Positions 35,379 through 48,263 of a DNA stretch of 64,000 nucleotides are shown here, one piece after another. A program made the translations under genes and the position numbers. Location of the stretch: positions 5,952,001 to 6,016,000 of the forward strand of contig JBHGNT010000009.1 of assembly GCA_043228905.1 (NCBI GenBank). Reading direction: 5' to 3'. This stretch comes from Azolla caroliniana (Eukaryota; Plantae; Polypodiophyta). Within the stretch, counting starts at the first letter, position 1. Each line of letters begins with the position of its first letter. The notes under the pieces are model-generated. The model had not been told where the DNA came from, ran no database searches, and saw only the letters and a program-made list of their open reading frames with translations.

Positions 35379-37628
35379 CTCTCAAGTACCTCTATATATC
35401 GATCTCTGTGTATATATCCTTTGCTAAGATGCATGAATCTCATTCATGTGACCAACCATCACATCTGCAATTCCACCAATCAGATATCTGATTTATCGAG
35501 TGCACTGGCATAGGGTCTATATTTTTAATACATCTTCGTAAAATTTTCACACGAGTTGTTCAATGCATTTTCCAGACTCACTGGCACATTCATCACCATT
35601 CCTACAATAACTGAATTGGTGTTATTATGCACTATATAATCTTCTACTCAATCAGAGACTGAGCTCATTGAAACCAGAGATATGGTATATTTTAACTGAA
35701 AACTAGCATTCTAACATATTTGACTATTCCAAAATCTTTGATCAGAGCAAACACACACCACACAGCATCAAAGAAATCCCCCTCATCCCACCTACATTCC
35801 ATACTGGATCACCCCCGGATGGATATTTTCAGAGGGCAGTAATTTCAGTTTGAATTATTAGGCACCAAAACTGGTTGTTGCTTATTCATGATTACATTGA
35901 AACTATTTAGTTTTGGGAAATAAGAGGAGAAAGACCACTTTTGTTGCTCACATTGACAAGTTAACATAAATAGTTGTAACCTTTGTCAAGTCTCATAGAC
36001 CATTATGGTCTTTTTGAGATGCATAAAACCAAATTTCCATGAGATTACTCGCATACAAACCAGTTCAAATTTTCAAAAGTATTGGCAAATATTTCAACTA
36101 GCAAGTATTTTGATAAACTGAAACAGAAGTTGTTAGTGTGGCATGGTCTGACTCGGAGAAATTTATCTTAATTATTTTCAATTGATTAACAGTTTATCTA
36201 GAAGATTTTAAAGTTTGATAATAACTCTTTTTCTTTGGGCATGTGGTTGAGTGTCAACAGAATTTAAAACTCTCTTCATTTTCTAAAAAACTAGAGTCAA
36301 CCACAATTTACAGATACCATTGGCACATTCACTATCATTCTTACAGTAAGCACGTAAGACATTTATTATAATATAAATGAATGCTACATCTATGTACATT
36401 CTTCTATTTCAGTCAGGATGATAGGTATCACCTCCTGAATATTTCATATTGATCAATGATTGTTCCAAGATGTATAATACATCTCAAACATTTATAGTAG
36501 CTCTTTTCCTAGGTTATAGAATAGGTTGCATTCTTTGAAGCAAAAAGAAACCTAAACTTTCTATAGTTTCCACTTGCATTATTCAAAAAAACAATTTGAT
36601 GGGATCACTTCCTGATCAATGATGATTCCAAGATATATGATACATTTCAAATATTTATAGTAGCTCTTTTTCTAGATGAATAGGTTGCATTCTTTGAAGC
36701 AAAAAAAACTAAATTTTCTGCAATTTCCACTTGCATTATTCAAAAAACAATTCAATGTATAGGAATTAAATGTGATGTAATTATTAACTTGCATGTCTAG
36801 AGACTGAAACTTCCAAAATAATGAGATATATGTCAAGAACTAAATTTAGCAAATTTAGATACGATTTTCTATATGATCTTATGATAAATTTTCTTTTTTT
36901 CCCAAACACTTGGTATAGTAGGTTTGCGTGGATAAGAGCATTTTTTTTGTATATGGCCCAATTATAGCTATTTAATAGTTAAAAGTAAAGAGAAAAGGAA
37001 CCTGTGAAATTAGGAATTCTGAAATTGTCCATACTCGTTCCAAATATGATCGAACTGATGTAAAGTTCTCCCCTTTCTTTTTTGTTGAAAACTTGAATTT
37101 GATTAATTAAATCCGAATACCGAATTAAGGCTAAAATTCAATAAATAATTAGCTTGAAGAAGAACAGATTTCTCCTGTCTCTTTTGAAAAACAAACAGGA
37201 GCTTTTCCCTCTAAATTAAACAAATTGATATTTAAAGAGTAAGTAGATTTATATGCTATCTTATCTTCTTCACTCATTTGTTTTTACTCCTTTTTACTTC
37301 ACTTTTTGCTTCGCTTTGTTTCTCTTATTTTCTCAGAAGAGCCAGAGACAGACATGAGATAGAGAGAAAACCCTAACTTTCAATGGCAAGGGATCAACAG
37401 ACGGATCGATCAATCAAACAAATAAATGGATGAAGAAACGAACGAGAGGGCGGGGACATGGATTCCTCTGTCACTTTCTCTGTTACTGATCTGTTGGGCG
37501 TGTTGATCCTGGGTGAAAAAAGGGAGAAGATCTGAGGCGATGGCGATGGAGAGACTTCATGAGAATTTGCAGAGATGTTTTCTGGACTGAGCTCTGATCT
37601 CGATCTCTATCTCTATCTCTGTTCTTTC

Positions 37629-37671
<43 letters not shown>

Positions 37672-40600
37672 TCGGATGTGATGATGGCGATGGTGAGTAA
37701 TCGCGTCGGAGCAGGAAATTGTTTTTTTACCTCCGGAAAAACATAATAATAATTAATTAAAAAGTAAATACATAAACGGAAAATAAGAAAATTAAAATGA
37801 AGTAGGATTTGGAGCAATTAGTTAGTTAAACTTGGTTTTGGAGAATTCCCCAAAATACCCCCCCCCCCCAACACACACACACACACAACAAACAAAACAA
37901 AACAAATCCTATGTTCTCCCGGTCTGACCCCTAGACAAAACATATATAGACACATCTTCCAAATGCTCGTGGAAGACAGACCCATTGTTTATCTATGGTG
38001 GGATCAGAGCGCACTCATGTGAGATAGACAGATAGATTCTATTATCGTCTTCGGAGGTCAAATATGACATATGAGACCAAAAATATTACATTTCACGTAA
38101 TACATGTGAAAGTGTGTGTGTGTGTGTGTGAGAGAGAAACCTACAGCCAGAAGTCTAACCAATCGAAGGCTCGCCCTAATTGCAGGTTCGAGCGAGTCGA
38201 AGGTTTGAACCAATCTGAGGCTCAGACAAGTCAAAGGTTCTAATATTACCAATCGGGGGTTCGAGCAAGTCAAAGTTCAAACCAAGTGAGGGTGTAACAT
38301 GAGATTAACACTAAACACACTTGTTTAAAACCACAACACAAGAATAAGTTTCAAATACACAATTTTGACAGAGAAACAAAATCCCTTCATAAGTTAGGGT
38401 TACAAAATAACACCAAGTTTACAATGTGTTCCAAATGACCATGTAGATTCCTAAACAAATGTTACAGGCGTGACCATAATTTATCACATGGTAGTTTGTA
38501 GCATAGTATTCAAAACACGAGGATAAATTTGTACGATTAACCAAGAGCTTAAAGAAGGGAGGATTACTTTTAATCTTAGGAATTGACACAACCCATAAGG
38601 GCCAAGTGTGAACTTGAATGGGGGCCTTAGGTCTGGCTATAAATATGAGGCCTAACTACCCTCATTAGCCACAGTATTCGACTACGTTGAGAGTGTGATC
38701 TTGTGGTGAATAGGCTCGATTCCATGGCAATGGTATGGGATGTAGATCACGGCATCAACATTGGAAGGGATGGTCGTATCGCAACGCGTTAAGGTGTCAA
38801 CATTGGAAGAGGTCGACCTTGGGACAAGCGAGGCACCCCGACCGGTACATGTAGCCAAGAAAATGCCACCTGCGGGAAAAAACGGCGATGATAGAATTAT
38901 TGAAAGAATTCGAGGACGTTTTCGCTTGGTCCTATGAAAATATGTGAGGTCTTGATCTGAAGTTGTACCAACATCAGATACACCTCAACATGGATGCTAA
39001 ATTGGTAGCACAGAGGCGGTACCGGATGAACCCGAACTATGCGCTAAAGGTAAAAGAAGAAATTGACAAATTCCTCAAAGTGGGTTTTATCCGTCCGGTA
39101 AAGCAGGCCACATGATTGAGCATGATAGTCATGGTTCCCAAAAAGAATGGGAAAATCCAGGTTTGTGTCGATTACTGGAAACTCAACGCGGCCACAGTTA
39201 CGGATGCCTTTCCGCCACCATTTATGGATGGCGTATTGGATGCGGTAGCAGGACATGAGGTATACAACTTCTTAGACGGATTTAGTGGGTATAATCAAAT
39301 CTGGATACATTCGGACGACCACAAAAAGATGGCCTTCGTGACGGAACGGGGAGTATTTGTTGTGGTCGTCATGATGTTTGGGCTAAAAACGGCACCTACA
39401 TTTTAGAGGATTATAATGAAAATATTCGGCGAATACATTCCGGATTTTTATGCAGGTCTTTCTTGACGATTTTGCTGTTTATAGCCAGAAGGAGGACCAC
39501 TTAAACCATCTCCGAATGTGTCGAGAAAAATGTTGGGGATTCCGATTGAGTTTGAATCCAACGAAGTGTGTATTTGGGGTAACGAGTGGAGCGTTGCTCG
39601 GACACATAGTGAGCAAGGAAGGAATCACAGTGGACCCGGATAAGGTAAAAGCAATCCTACAAGCACTAGCACCAACAAATGCAAAAGCTTTGAGCCAATT
39701 TTTGGGATAGATTCGGTGGCACATCTAGATGCTCTGATACTTAGCGGATTTCGCCACTCCATTGCATGTAGCAGTGCGCAGACTACCCTTCCAGAGGATA
39801 GAGCACGAGGATAAAGCATATTAGGCGCTCAAAGTCATGCTCTCACAGGCTCCAGTGGTACAACCACCCGATTGGTCCAAGGATTTCCACGTATTTGTAG
39901 ACACGTCGAACATGGCCATCGGAAGCATCCTAATGCAGCTTGCGGAGCCGACGTGGTATTGACCAGTGTATTATGCGAGCCGGAAGCTCTCCAAAGTGGA
40001 AAGAAACTATTCAACAACGGGAAGATAAGCTATCAGAATCTGTTGGGCTGGAAATTTTCATTTCATGTTGACCAGTCGGCGTTTCTGTACTTGGTCTCGA
40101 ACGCGTCAGTCACTAGAAAGCTAGCTAGGTGGACCCTACTATTGCAGGAGTTCGAGTTTGACATATTCCATCGACCCGGAGTGCAACATGCGGTGGCTAA
40201 TTACCTGAGCCTGTTGGAATCCAGCGATGGAGTTCGCGACAGGTTTTCGGACGTTGAATGGTTCCGAATTACTACGGAGATAGCATTACATGACACGATG
40301 TCCGACGAAGATAAGTGGATGATTGACATGCATCAATTTCTGAGCACCGACCATTAGAAGAGAAGAGTCGCGATGAGCAGAAACGGCTGGCAGTACAGAG
40401 CTGACATTTTGGTACAAGACACTCTGTACCACAAGGGAGCCAACGAGATCTGGCGACGAGCGGTCTAGAGTGACGAGAAGGGTGCGGTATTACACAAGGC
40501 ACATTGTGGAATTGTTGAAGGACACTATGTCAGAGACGCAACAACCCGAAATATATGGCGTAGCGGATTATGGTGGCCAACCACCCTCAAAGACGCAATA

Positions 40601-41512
40601 TGGTACTACAAGGAATGTGATCTATGCCAAAGAATGGGCCAACCAACGGAGCAGGCACGCATGCCCCATCAACTGGTCTTGCCGTTGGAACCATTCCAGA
40701 AGTGGGGCTTGGACTTTGTCGGACCTTTCAAGCCTCTGGCAAAGCGTTGTCGGGGTTGCTACGCCCTTGCGTGCAGAAAGGAGGAGGGACCACGGGGGTC
40801 TTGGACCGAAGAGCAAGAGAGAGCGGAGTAAGAGAGAGACCCGATTACACAGAACCGAAGATTGCACAGGGACACGGCCCAACAAACAGAGATCCCAAAC
40901 AAACGCCGACGCAGATGGACGCAACAACGAAAGATATGTACTTATGAATGCAAGAAAATAACAGACTAAAGTATTACAACCCACGGTGGGGCACGGAATA
41001 GATACTAACGAAAACGAACGGGGCGGCGAACAGATGCCGACCCCTGTATGTTGCGACGCACAGAAAGGGAAAACAGGTCGGAGGTGCTGCAGGACGCACT
41101 CGGGGCGTTCCACGGAACAGCGCAAGCCTCCTCGAAACCTGCACAGGTACGCGATGGAGCAGAAGACCGAGAAAGCAGGAGTGAGAGAGGAGCTCCGAAA
41201 TCGGTTCGGCAGCACTTCGTCCTCTCCCCGCGAGATGTCTGACTTCTCTTCTCCCTCTTCCTTTTATAGCCCGTCAAGAGGCCGTTTGGCATTAACTGCA
41301 TACCAACCGAATCTACCCACCTAGGATCCTCGTATGTACCTACTTCGTCCTTAGGTACTTATTGGCGCTCGTGTGTGTGTAGAGCCGTTTACCACGCCTT
41401 GTTCCTCCGATTCCTCTTGTGGGCGGTTTTCTTCACGACATCCGCCCCCACCTAACCGCGCATCCACCGGCATGCGCCAAATTAAGTTGGCACGGAGAAA
41501 ACCGGCCCGCCT

Positions 41513-44500
41513 TTACTCTTCGCCTGCCGGCCCTTCCTCGGCCTCGGATCGGTCGTCGCTGCTGTCCAGGAGAATCGGGTCGGGTTCGTCGTCGTGCCGC
41601 TTCTTGAAAGCTTTGATCCTCTTCCCGGCCACGGGTATCGCTATTCTCGTACCGTCGAGTTCCGCCAGGTGATATGTCCCGTTGTCATTGGCGCCCCGTA
41701 CCGCGTAAGGCCCAAACCACCTTCGTGCGAACTTCCGTGTGGCTCGGTGCTGGTTGTCGAGGCTGCTGTCGTAGACGAGCACCCAGTCACCTTCTTCGAT
41801 TCTCTTCGGTCGGAGCCGGTGCGTTCGGTCGAACCTGGCTTTGTTCTTTGCCCTCGCCACCCGGAGCCTCTCCGTAGCCAGTTCCACGTCCTCCGGTCTC
41901 CGCTCGAGTTGTCGTATACGCGCGGCCAACAACTCCTCCCGGCTCATCTCGTCCCTCCAATCGACCGTTGCCCATGAGGGGATCGTCCGTTCCATTGGCA
42001 TGATCGGCTTTTGGCCGAACATGAGCTCCGTCGGCATGTACCCGGTTACCGAACTGTGCGTGGTCCGGTCTGCCCACAAAGCATAAGGTAGAAGTCGCGG
42101 CCAGTTACCGACTTGGCCTCCGCATGCCCGAACCAGCGCTTTAACGATCGGCCCGTGTCCGCGCTCCACCTTTCCATTCGCCTCCGGGTTGTACGCAGTG
42201 GTGAGCGAGAGTTTGACTCCCAGCCGATCGAACAGCTCCGCGGCTTCCTCGGCGTCCAACTCCCCTCGGTCAGCCACGATCTTCCCGACGCACCCGTACC
42301 GGCATATCACGTCCTCGATTAGGAACCGGCATACGGCCGTGGTCGTTTTGTTCGGAAGGGCCCGACCTTCCACCTGGTTCGTCAGATCCTCCCGCGCTAG
42401 GACCAGGTACCGCATCTGTCCTACCCCCATTGGCATCGTCACCAGATCTACCATCCATTTGAAGTGGATGGTCGGGGGGTACGTGGGGTGAAGCTCGTCC
42501 CGATGTCGGACTATGGAGTGCATCTGACAGCTCTCGCAAGTTGTCACGAACCGATGCACGTCCCGGTACTGCCCCGGCCACCAATACTTCCCCTTCAGTT
42601 TCTCAAACGTAGCCCATGTCCCACGGTGTCCAGCCCAAGGGCTGTCGTGGTAGGCCGTCAGCAGCTCCTCCTGTTCTCCTTTCATCGCCACCACCCGGAG
42701 CGGGACGCCGTTCCTCTTCTTCGGGTGCTTCCACAAATGCCCACCTCGGAGAAAGAATCGATATGCTTTCTTCCGGATCCGGTTGGCCTCGTCCTTCGTC
42801 CATGACGCATCGGGCGTCATTGTCTTCAAAAACCCGCCGATCTGCAGCCACTCCCCGTCGTACTTGCTTGCGTCGAACTCGTTAAGCGCCGGAGTGCTCA
42901 TCCCGTCGGTCGTTACGTATGCTGCCTCGAAGAAATCCACGCCGACTTCTTCGTCTTCCGAAACCATGCCGTCCTCGTCGTCGAACCTCGCCCTCGAAAG
43001 CATGTCGGCCATGGCGTTGTCTTTCCCGGAAATGTGTCGTATTTCCGGGTCCAGGGACTTGATGTACGCTATCCACCTGAGCATCGCCAGGTCCGGAGTC
43101 GCGCATCCGGAAACCATACCGAGAATCGGCAGGCAATCCGTCTCGATGATCACTGCTGTCCCTATCAGGTAGTCTTTGTCGGCCTTAACCGCCGAAACAA
43201 TACCCCAGAGTTCGCGTTTAACCTGGGCGTATCCTCGCTGTCGTTCACTGAGGACTTTCGCGCCGAATCGGATCGGAAACCGATTGCCGTCCTCGTCTTC
43301 CTGGTTCACGACCCATCCGATCCCGGTCGGACTGGTATCCACCGTTATGAATACCGGGGTACCCTTCCCGTATACCGCCTTCCGGAGTGCCGGTGCCGCT
43401 GCAAGGGCCTCTTTCAGCTTCCGGACCGATTCCGCGTGCTCGTCCAGCCATTCGAACCTTCGCCCCTTTTTCAGCAACCCGTACAGTGGCTCCGCGACGT
43501 GTGCGTAATGCGGGATCCATATGTGGTAGAACGCGCATGCCCCCAGGAATCTCCGTACTTCCGTGACCGAGCTGCAGTCGGGCTTCATCGCGGAGATGGC
43601 TTCTACCTTTGCCGGAGACGGTTTCCGGCCATATGGTCCGCACAGGTGTCCGACCACCATGATTTCTGACTGCCCGAAGGCCGACTTCTCCCCGGAGAAG
43701 GTGAGTCTCGCATCCTCCAGCCTTTGCAGCACCTTCTCGCAGTCGTCGATGTGCGTCGCCACGAATCGCCGGCATCCGTCCGGCCCGGTCGTCTCGTCCT
43801 TTTCTTCCACCGGGCATCCCTTGATCGGGATGTCGTCCAGAAACGGCATGGTGATGTCCGGGATACAGTCCCTCAGAACCTTGTTCATCGCATTCACCAT
43901 GTGGGCCACCGAGTTGGTCCCTCCTTGCGGCAGTGTACACATCCGAACTAGGCCGAGGGGAGTTCGCATCGTCGTGATGTCTCTGCTCTCCACGGCTAGC
44001 TGGAACTGGTCGTACCCTGAGTATAGATCCCCGACCGAGTAAATTGACCTTCCGGCGAAGGCCTCCGCGAACTCGTCTATGGTCGGTCCGATCCCTGCGT
44101 TCCGAATGGTCACTCGATTGACCGGCTGCAGGTCCTGGATGAAGCGCAACGAACCGTTTTTCTTCGGTACGGTAAACCATCGATTCGAATATGGGGCGCT
44201 CGACGGCTCGAGAATTCCCATATCAACTTTCTGCCTCAGCAGCTCCATCAACTTCGGGATGTGAGCTCTCGGAACCGGGATTGGCTTGAGATTCCATGGT
44301 ACATGCGGTACCGTGAATATCACCATCGGCTCCACGATCGTCGGGTCAACGCACCCGATTTCCTCCGGCGAGAATGCGAAGGCTTTCTCGTGCCTTCCGA
44401 GCATTCTCCGAAACCGGTCTTCCTCCGCCGGCAGTAGGAACCCGCCCCCACCGATTTTGAGCTCTCGGAGCGTCTCGTCGGTGAAGGTGTGTCCTATGCA

Positions 44501-45004
44501 GGCCGGATCTCGTAGACTAGGGTCCGATGCAACCCCTTTGATTCTCGACGCGCTGTCCTCCGATAGGGGTGCCGCGACTGGCCTTACCTTCCGGTCCACA
44601 GTCTTGTACTTGGTGCTTACGTGGGCCGTCCGAACTGACTCGAGCCCTCGACCGAAGTCCGCGATGACTCCGTACATCTCCTCGGAACACACCGGTATCG
44701 TCCGGTCTTCGTTAAGGCCTTCTTCGACTACCTTTCCCAGCATTCCCAAGGTGTCGTCGAATGAGACCGCCTCCACGGCTCCGTTGATTTCCTCGTCAGG
44801 GCCGAGAACTCCGCACGCTCGAAGTCTCCCCTCCGCCTTTGTCTTCTCTCGGCCGCCGACGCCGACTATCGTACACGCTCCGCTGTCGGAGAACAAAAAT
44901 TCCCTACCTATGGTACAAGGTTTCTTTGGTTTTATCGTACAGGTGTGGGGTTTTCCCGGGGTGTCCGGACTGTCGCGGCCCCACGCCTTGGCAGCCCTCT
45001 CTAA
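41513..45004 (-). CDS. Pol (RT, RNase H, integrase), open from the putative -1 frameshift site
   Basis: DLYSGYDQF, PFLDDIPIKG, TVDTSPTGIG, H-x6-H...CESC, WMVDLV, ADRGE and NPEANGKVERGH. The frame is open upstream of 44896 to the slippery site. Confidence 0.9.
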   Translation of the reverse strand, partial: LERAAKAWGRDSPDTPGKPHTCTIKPKKPCTIGREFLFSDSGACTIVGVGGREKTKAEGRLRACGVLGPDEEINGAVEAVSFDDTLGMLGKVVEEGLNEDRTIPVCSEEMYGVIADFGRGLESVRTAHVSTKYKTVDRKVRPVAAPLSEDSASRIKGVASDPSLRDPACIGHTFTDETLRELKIGGGGFLLPAEEDRFRRMLGRHEKAFAFSPEEIGCVDPTIVEPMVIFTVPHVPWNLKPIPVPRAHIPKLMELLRQKVDMGILEPSSAPYSNRWFTVPKKNGSLRFIQDLQPVNRVTIRNAGIGPTIDEFAEAFAGRSIYSVGDLYSGYDQFQLAVESRDITTMRTPLGLVRMCTLPQGGTNSVAHMVNAMNKVLRDCIPDITMPFLDDIPIKGCPVEEKDETTGPDGCRRFVATHIDDCEKVLQRLEDARLTFSGEKSAFGQSEIMVVGHLCGPYGRKPSPAKVEAISAMKPDCSSVTEVRRFLGACAFYHIWIPHYAHVAEPLYGLLKKGRRFEWLDEHAESVRKLKEALAAAPALRKAVYGKGTPVFITVDTSPTGIGWVVNQEDEDGNRFPIRFGAKVLSERQRGYAQVKRELWGIVSAVKADKDYLIGTAVIIETDCLPILGMVSGCATPDLAMLRWIAYIKSLDPEIRHISGKDNAMADMLSRARFDDEDGMVSEDEEVGVDFFEAAYVTTDGMSTPALNEFDASKYDGEWLQIGGFLKTMTPDASWTKDEANRIRKKAYRFFLRGGHLWKHPKKRNGVPLRVVAMKGEQEELLTAYHDSPWAGHRGTWATFEKLKGKYWWPGQYRDVHRFVTTCESCQMHSIVRHRDELHPTYPPTIHFKWMVDLVTMPMGVGQMRYLVLAREDLTNQVEGRALPNKTTTAVCRFLIEDVICRYGCVGKIVADRGELDAEEAAELFDRLGVKLSLTTAYNPEANGKVERGHGPIVKALVRACGGQVGNWPRLLPYALWADRTTHSSVTGYMPTELMFGQKPIMPMERTIPSWATVDWRDEMSREELLAARIRQLERRPEDVELATERLRVARAKNKARFDRTHRLRPKRIEEGDWVLVYDSSLDNQHRATRKFARRWFGPYAVRGANDNGTYHLAELDGTRIAIPVAGKRIKAFKKRHDDEPDPILLDSSDDRSEAEEGPAGEE

Positions 45005-47143
45005 AAATCCTCTCGGTTATCGGAACCGAGGGAGTCGCGGTTACGCTCGTGGTTCGGCCTAACCGTCAAAAACTGGACCGAATGGCGCCCGTCCTGGCTC
45101 TTGACCCGCGCATAGGCCGAACCATTGTCCAGCACCTTGGTCTCCATTCGCGCCGCCGTGATGTACGGCTCTCCCAGAATGACCGGATGCGAAGACGTCT
45201 CCTGCACGAAGAAGTGCTGGTCAATCTCAACGTCGCCGATCTTGACTCGCACATTCGGACAGGCCCCGTGCAGTTCCTCGGTGGCGCGCGTTGCTGCCCT
45301 TATTTTCCACCCGTGCTTGGTGTTGATCGGCCATTTGCCCTTCTTATAGAAGTCCATGGACATCAAATTGATCTCCGATCCGTGGTCCACCAAAGCTATC
45401 ACCGGTTCCTGGACATCGCCGATCTTCACCGGGGTTTCCGTGGTCGCTCGGGCCCAGTGTGGTCTCGAATAGTGGCTTTCCGCCCACTCGTCTCCCAGCG
45501 CCATGTCGTCTAGGTGCGTCGTCCGCACTTCCACCGGTCTTTCCGGTTCTGTCTCCGTCGACAGCCTCTTCCGTTTCACCAAGTCCACGATGGAGTCGTG
45601 GAACTCCTTCTTGGCGATTCCCAACACCTCTCGTAACGACAGCTCCACCTTGCTGTCGAGGATCCGTTCCTCTAGGACCTTTCGTAAGTCTGTGGTCCTT
45701 TCTATCTCCGTCCCCAGACGGTACCCGCCCTTCTGGGGTTTATCTTGCGTACCGGCTCCGCCGGCTTCGTCCCGTCGTGGCCCGGACCGGGTCTCGTATC
45801 GTTGTGGGGGCCCAGTCGTCCCGGGTCTCCCCACCCGCTTCTCTCCTACCAGAGCCTCGTAGTTCTGGCAAGCGGCTTCCACGAAGCCCGTCCTTTCCTC
45901 GACCGGGTCGCTCCACCCGGTCATCTCCCGTACCCGTTTCTCCGCACGGTCCGATTCCTCCCCTTTAAGCCTTGCACCGGCAAGGCCTTCCAGCATCGTC
46001 GGCCAGAATCCGGCTTTGCTTTCCCTTCGGGCCTCGCCGCCCCCGACTCGAATGCCGGCCGACGCCGAGTAGTGAACGGTTTCCGCGTGTCGGGCCGCCG
46101 CCTCTTCCATCACCCTTTTCATACCACCTTTTCCGTCGTTTCGGCTCAGGGCCCTTCGGGTGTCGCTGGCATGCACCCGTCCTTCCCACAGGTACACCAC
46201 CCTGTTCCTCAGCGCCTCCGCGAAGTCGCCGCAGTCCTTCCGAATGTGGCCGACTTCATCGCACCACATGCACCTGTTTCCTGCCGCCGGCCGTCGGTCA
46301 CGAGCCGGTTCGCCTCCTTCCCTTCGGGCCTGCGCGATTTGGAGGTCCTTTATCGCCTTCGTCAATTCCTCCAGCGCCTCTCCTCCGGTTGAGCCTCTGA
46401 CTACGCCGGTCGAAGCCGAACCGGTTTCCAACCACTCCCGGGTCTCTTCCTTGCGCTGGTTCGAGCTTCCTTGCTGCGACCGAGCCCGACCCGGTCGCCC
46501 CGTTATCCGCCCATTCTCGCCGTTTGTCGAAACGGCCACAGACCTTCCTGACAGCCGCCCAGTCGGTAGTGAGCCCGTCTTCGGTCTCCAGCAAGAAGCC
46601 CACTTGCTCCCGATCCCGCTCGTCGACCGACTTGACAAACAGCAAGACCCGGCTCGTGTCCAGGATGGTTCGGTCGAGCGCCGAAAGGCGCGCAAAGTTT
46701 TCCTCGAACTCCCGGAGGAGCGCCGACGCGTTTCTTCCCTTCCCCGGGGACTCCACCCATTCCATGAACCTTCGCTTCGAAAGCCGGAGCGCGTCGTCCA
46801 GCCCGTATTTCTCTAGGAGCCGACCTTCGAACTCCTCCCAGGTACGGCTCTCCGTCCGCACCTCGAGCACCTCCGCATGGATGCTCGGCATCGCTACTCG
46901 GGGAAATCCGGCAAGACGCCTTTCTTCCGGAATGTCCCGCATCAGCATCTCTGCACCGTAGGACGCCAAATACTTCGTGGCATCTTTCCCATCGAACCGG
47001 CCGATCGTGCCGACGACCGCCTCAATAGCTCTGTCGAGGGCACCGGTGCTCTCGCGCGCGTTTACAATCCGATCCACGGCCGAAGCCATGGCCTCTGCGA
47101 GATCCGACCCCCTCATTTCCTGCTCTTCTGCCGCCTCTTTCAC
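45001..47143 (-). CDS. Gag plus aspartic protease, split into two frames near 46450-46500
   Basis: Gag N-terminus in ORF 46298-47143. The zinc knuckle CMWCDEVGHIRKDC and protease ALVDHGSEINLM lie in ORF 45001-46695. Confidence 0.85.
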
Positions 47144-48263
47144 GTCGGGTTCACCAAGATGTCGGGGTTGCTACGCCCTTGCGTGCAGAAAGGAGGAGGG
47201 ACCACGGGGGTCTTGGACCGAAGAGCAAGAGAGAGCGGAGTAAGAGAGAGACCCGATTACACAGAACCGAAGATTGCACAGGGACACGGCCCAACAAACA
47301 GAGATCCCAAACAAACGCCGACGCAGATGGACGCAACAACGAAAGATATGTACTTATGAATGCAAGAAAATAACAGACTAAAGTATTACAACCCACGGTG
47401 GGGCACGGAATAGATACTAACGAAAACGAACGGGGCGGCGAACAGATGCCGACCCCTGTATGTTGCGACGCACAGAAAGGGAAAACAGGTCGGAGGTGCT
47501 GCAGGACGCACTCGGGGCGTTCCACGGAACAGCGCAAGCCTCCTCGAAACCTGCACAGGTACGCGATGGAGCAGAAGACCGAGAAAGCAGGAGTGAGAGA
47601 GGAGCTCCGAAATCGGTTCGGCAGCACTTCGTCCTCTCCCCGCGAGATGTCTGACTTCTCTTCTCCCTCTTCCTTTTATAGCCCGTCAAGAGGCCGTTTG
47701 GCATTAACTGCATACCAACCGAATCTACCCACCTAGGATCCTCGTATGTACCTACTTCGTCCTTAGGTACTTATTGGCGCTCGTGTGTGTGTAGAGCCGT
47801 TTACCACGCCTTGTTCCTCCGATTCCTCTTGTGGGCGGTTTTCTTCACGACAGCGTACCAGAAACCGGTACATTATCGTAGCCACAGATTATTGTACCAA
47901 GTGGGTCGAAGAGAAGGCACTCTAGGATAACACTAGGTATCCACGACGAAATTCTTGTATGAGTATCTCTAGTGCCGGTATGGTTGCCCGATCGAGCTAA
48001 TCAGTGACCAAGGCGGGCACTTCATAGCACAAGTGGTGGAAAGCCTGACGACATTCTATGCAGTGGTCCACAAAAGAAGCACACCTTACTACCCACAAGG
48101 CAACGGATTGGCAGAATCAACCAACAAACATTGCAGAATATCCTCCCGAAGATTGTGAATGAGAACAGGACGGATTGGGATACGTAACTGCATAATGCGA
48201 TATGGGCATACCGGACGACATACAAAACGAGCATCCGGTCGACACCATTCGGACTGGAAGCGG

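Larger units (their letters stand above)
40748..47852 (-). mobile_element. Young full-length Ty3/Gypsy LTR retrotransposon
   Basis: 693-bp LTRs at 40748-41440 and 47160-47852 appear identical. TSD GCGT. Same tRNA-Trp PBS and PPT as element 3112-8719. Gene order gag-PR-RT-RH-INT. Confidence 0.95.

Noticed and set aside
36450-36755. About 160-bp direct repeat upstream of the HAC start (also a ~73-bp repeat at about 22306-22450)
   Set aside because: Ordinary local duplications with no TE ends or coding signal.
38150-38292. About 39-bp repeats containing GGTTCGA
   Set aside because: B-box-like, but with no A box or cloverleaf; not a tRNA gene.
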